From Candidatus Zixiibacteriota bacterium (GTDB lineage Bacteria; Zixibacteria; MSB-5A5; WJJR01): DNA of 26,855 nt. Position numbers and translations under genes: made by a program. The stretch spans positions 36,272-63,126 of the forward strand of contig JAVHPP010000007.1 of assembly GCA_036170655.1 (NCBI GenBank), given 5' to 3'. Numbering within the stretch: the stretch's first letter is position 1; the number at the start of each line of letters is the position of its first letter. Shown here in pieces: positions 26,019 to 26,855 of this stretch. Below the pieces are notes generated by a model, which was not told the origin of the DNA, did not search any database, and worked only from the letters and a program-made list of their open reading frames with translations.

Positions 26019-26855
26019 TTAGATTCCCAGTTCGTCGGCGATCTTGTCCATGAGGGACACGGCCTTGCGGGTCTGAACCAGCGCCGACTGTAATGTGCCG
26101 TTGTTGAGCGCATCTTGGGCGCGTTCAAGGTGCTGGCGGGCCTCATCATACCACTGCTGAATATGCCGGTCTTCCGAGTCATGGACGGGGGTAGACAGGA
26201 GATCAAGACGATCCCTGACAGATGCGATCAACCCGCCAATTTCCTCGCCGCGGACCTCCCGTTGCATTTGACGCATGGCCCGTTCCAAAAACTCGCGCGT
26301 CTGCCGCAACAGGAGATCAGCCCGCCGGTCATCGCCGTTGTCATGGGCAGCACGGGCATCTTCGAGGGCGGCCTGTGCGTGCTGCCACATTTCCCGGGCG
26401 GCCGCATTGTCGGTCTCTTTCACACGCTCCCCCACGCGTTCGGCGGCGTCATGGAGCCGATCGAAACGCGGTTCGAAGGCGATCCCGCCATTCTCACGGT
26501 CCCCAGCGCCCGGACCAGGACCATGACTAGGTCCCATCCCGCCGCCGGCCACGATGTTCATGACCATGTCACGTGCCTGCAGTGTGAGCTTCAGGGCCGG
26601 ACGCAGTTGGCGCTGACGGTATAAGTCCCATGCCCGGCGTTGCATGTCCGTGGCGCCTTCGAGGCGACGCACGAGCGGTGGCGCGGCATCGGGGCCGATC
26701 TGGTCCCGCGCCTCCTGCATTGCCCGGTCCGTGTGCTCGAGTTGCCGTTCAACTTCATTGAAATTGTCTTCGTTCTGGCGGAAGGCTGACCACAAATCGA
26801 GCAGGTTGCGCCGAACCATCTGTGTCATTCGCTCGGCCTGCCGCAGTTGGCCACG
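26019..26855 (-). CDS. Hypothetical all-alpha repeat protein, 5' end outside the window
   Basis: The frame stays open to the window edge and contains three similar helical-hairpin repeats. Confidence 0.75.
   Translation of the reverse strand, partial: RGQLRQAERMTQMVRRNLLDLWSAFRQNEDNFNEVERQLEHTDRAMQEARDQIGPDAAPPLVRRLEGATDMQRRAWDLYRQRQLRPALKLTLQARDMVMNIVAGGGMGPSHGPGPGAGDRENGGIAFEPRFDRLHDAAERVGERVKETDNAAAREMWQHAQAALEDARAAHDNGDDRRADLLLRQTREFLERAMRQMQREVRGEEIGGLIASVRDRLDLLSTPVHDSEDRHIQQWYDEARQHLERAQDALNNGTLQSALVQTRKAVSLMDKIADELGI

Overview
GC-rich bacterial chromosomal window from a diderm. LPS heptose genes, many lipoproteins and beta-barrels, a GWxTD protein and a TPR-sensor Ser/Thr kinase suggest an FCB/Zixibacteria- or Acidobacteria-like lineage (inference only). 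Most genes are on the minus strand. Housekeeping genes: aminotransferase, gmhB, GT9 heptosyltransferase, rlmN, lemA/DUF2207, rdgB, murI, an amidase, smpB and four tRNAs (His-GTG, Arg-TCT, Pro-TGG, Leu-CAG). Two accessory modules stand out. (1) At 22479-24251, a monoheme (CQLCH) cytochrome fused to a porin-like barrel lies just upstream of a type-1 blue-copper lipoprotein, a Cyc2/rusticyanin-like architecture with a non-Cyc2 N-terminal motif. (2) At 9698-11619, an AT-richer restriction-modification islet encodes a beta-class SPPY methyltransferase carrying a catalytically degenerate staphylococcal-nuclease domain, translationally coupled to an MjaI-like endonuclease. Other points of interest are an Amidase_3 lacking its catalytic Glu, a Pro-Arg-His tRNA series interleaved with protein genes, and several different REP-like palindromes. 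All calls were made by eye, with no database searches.
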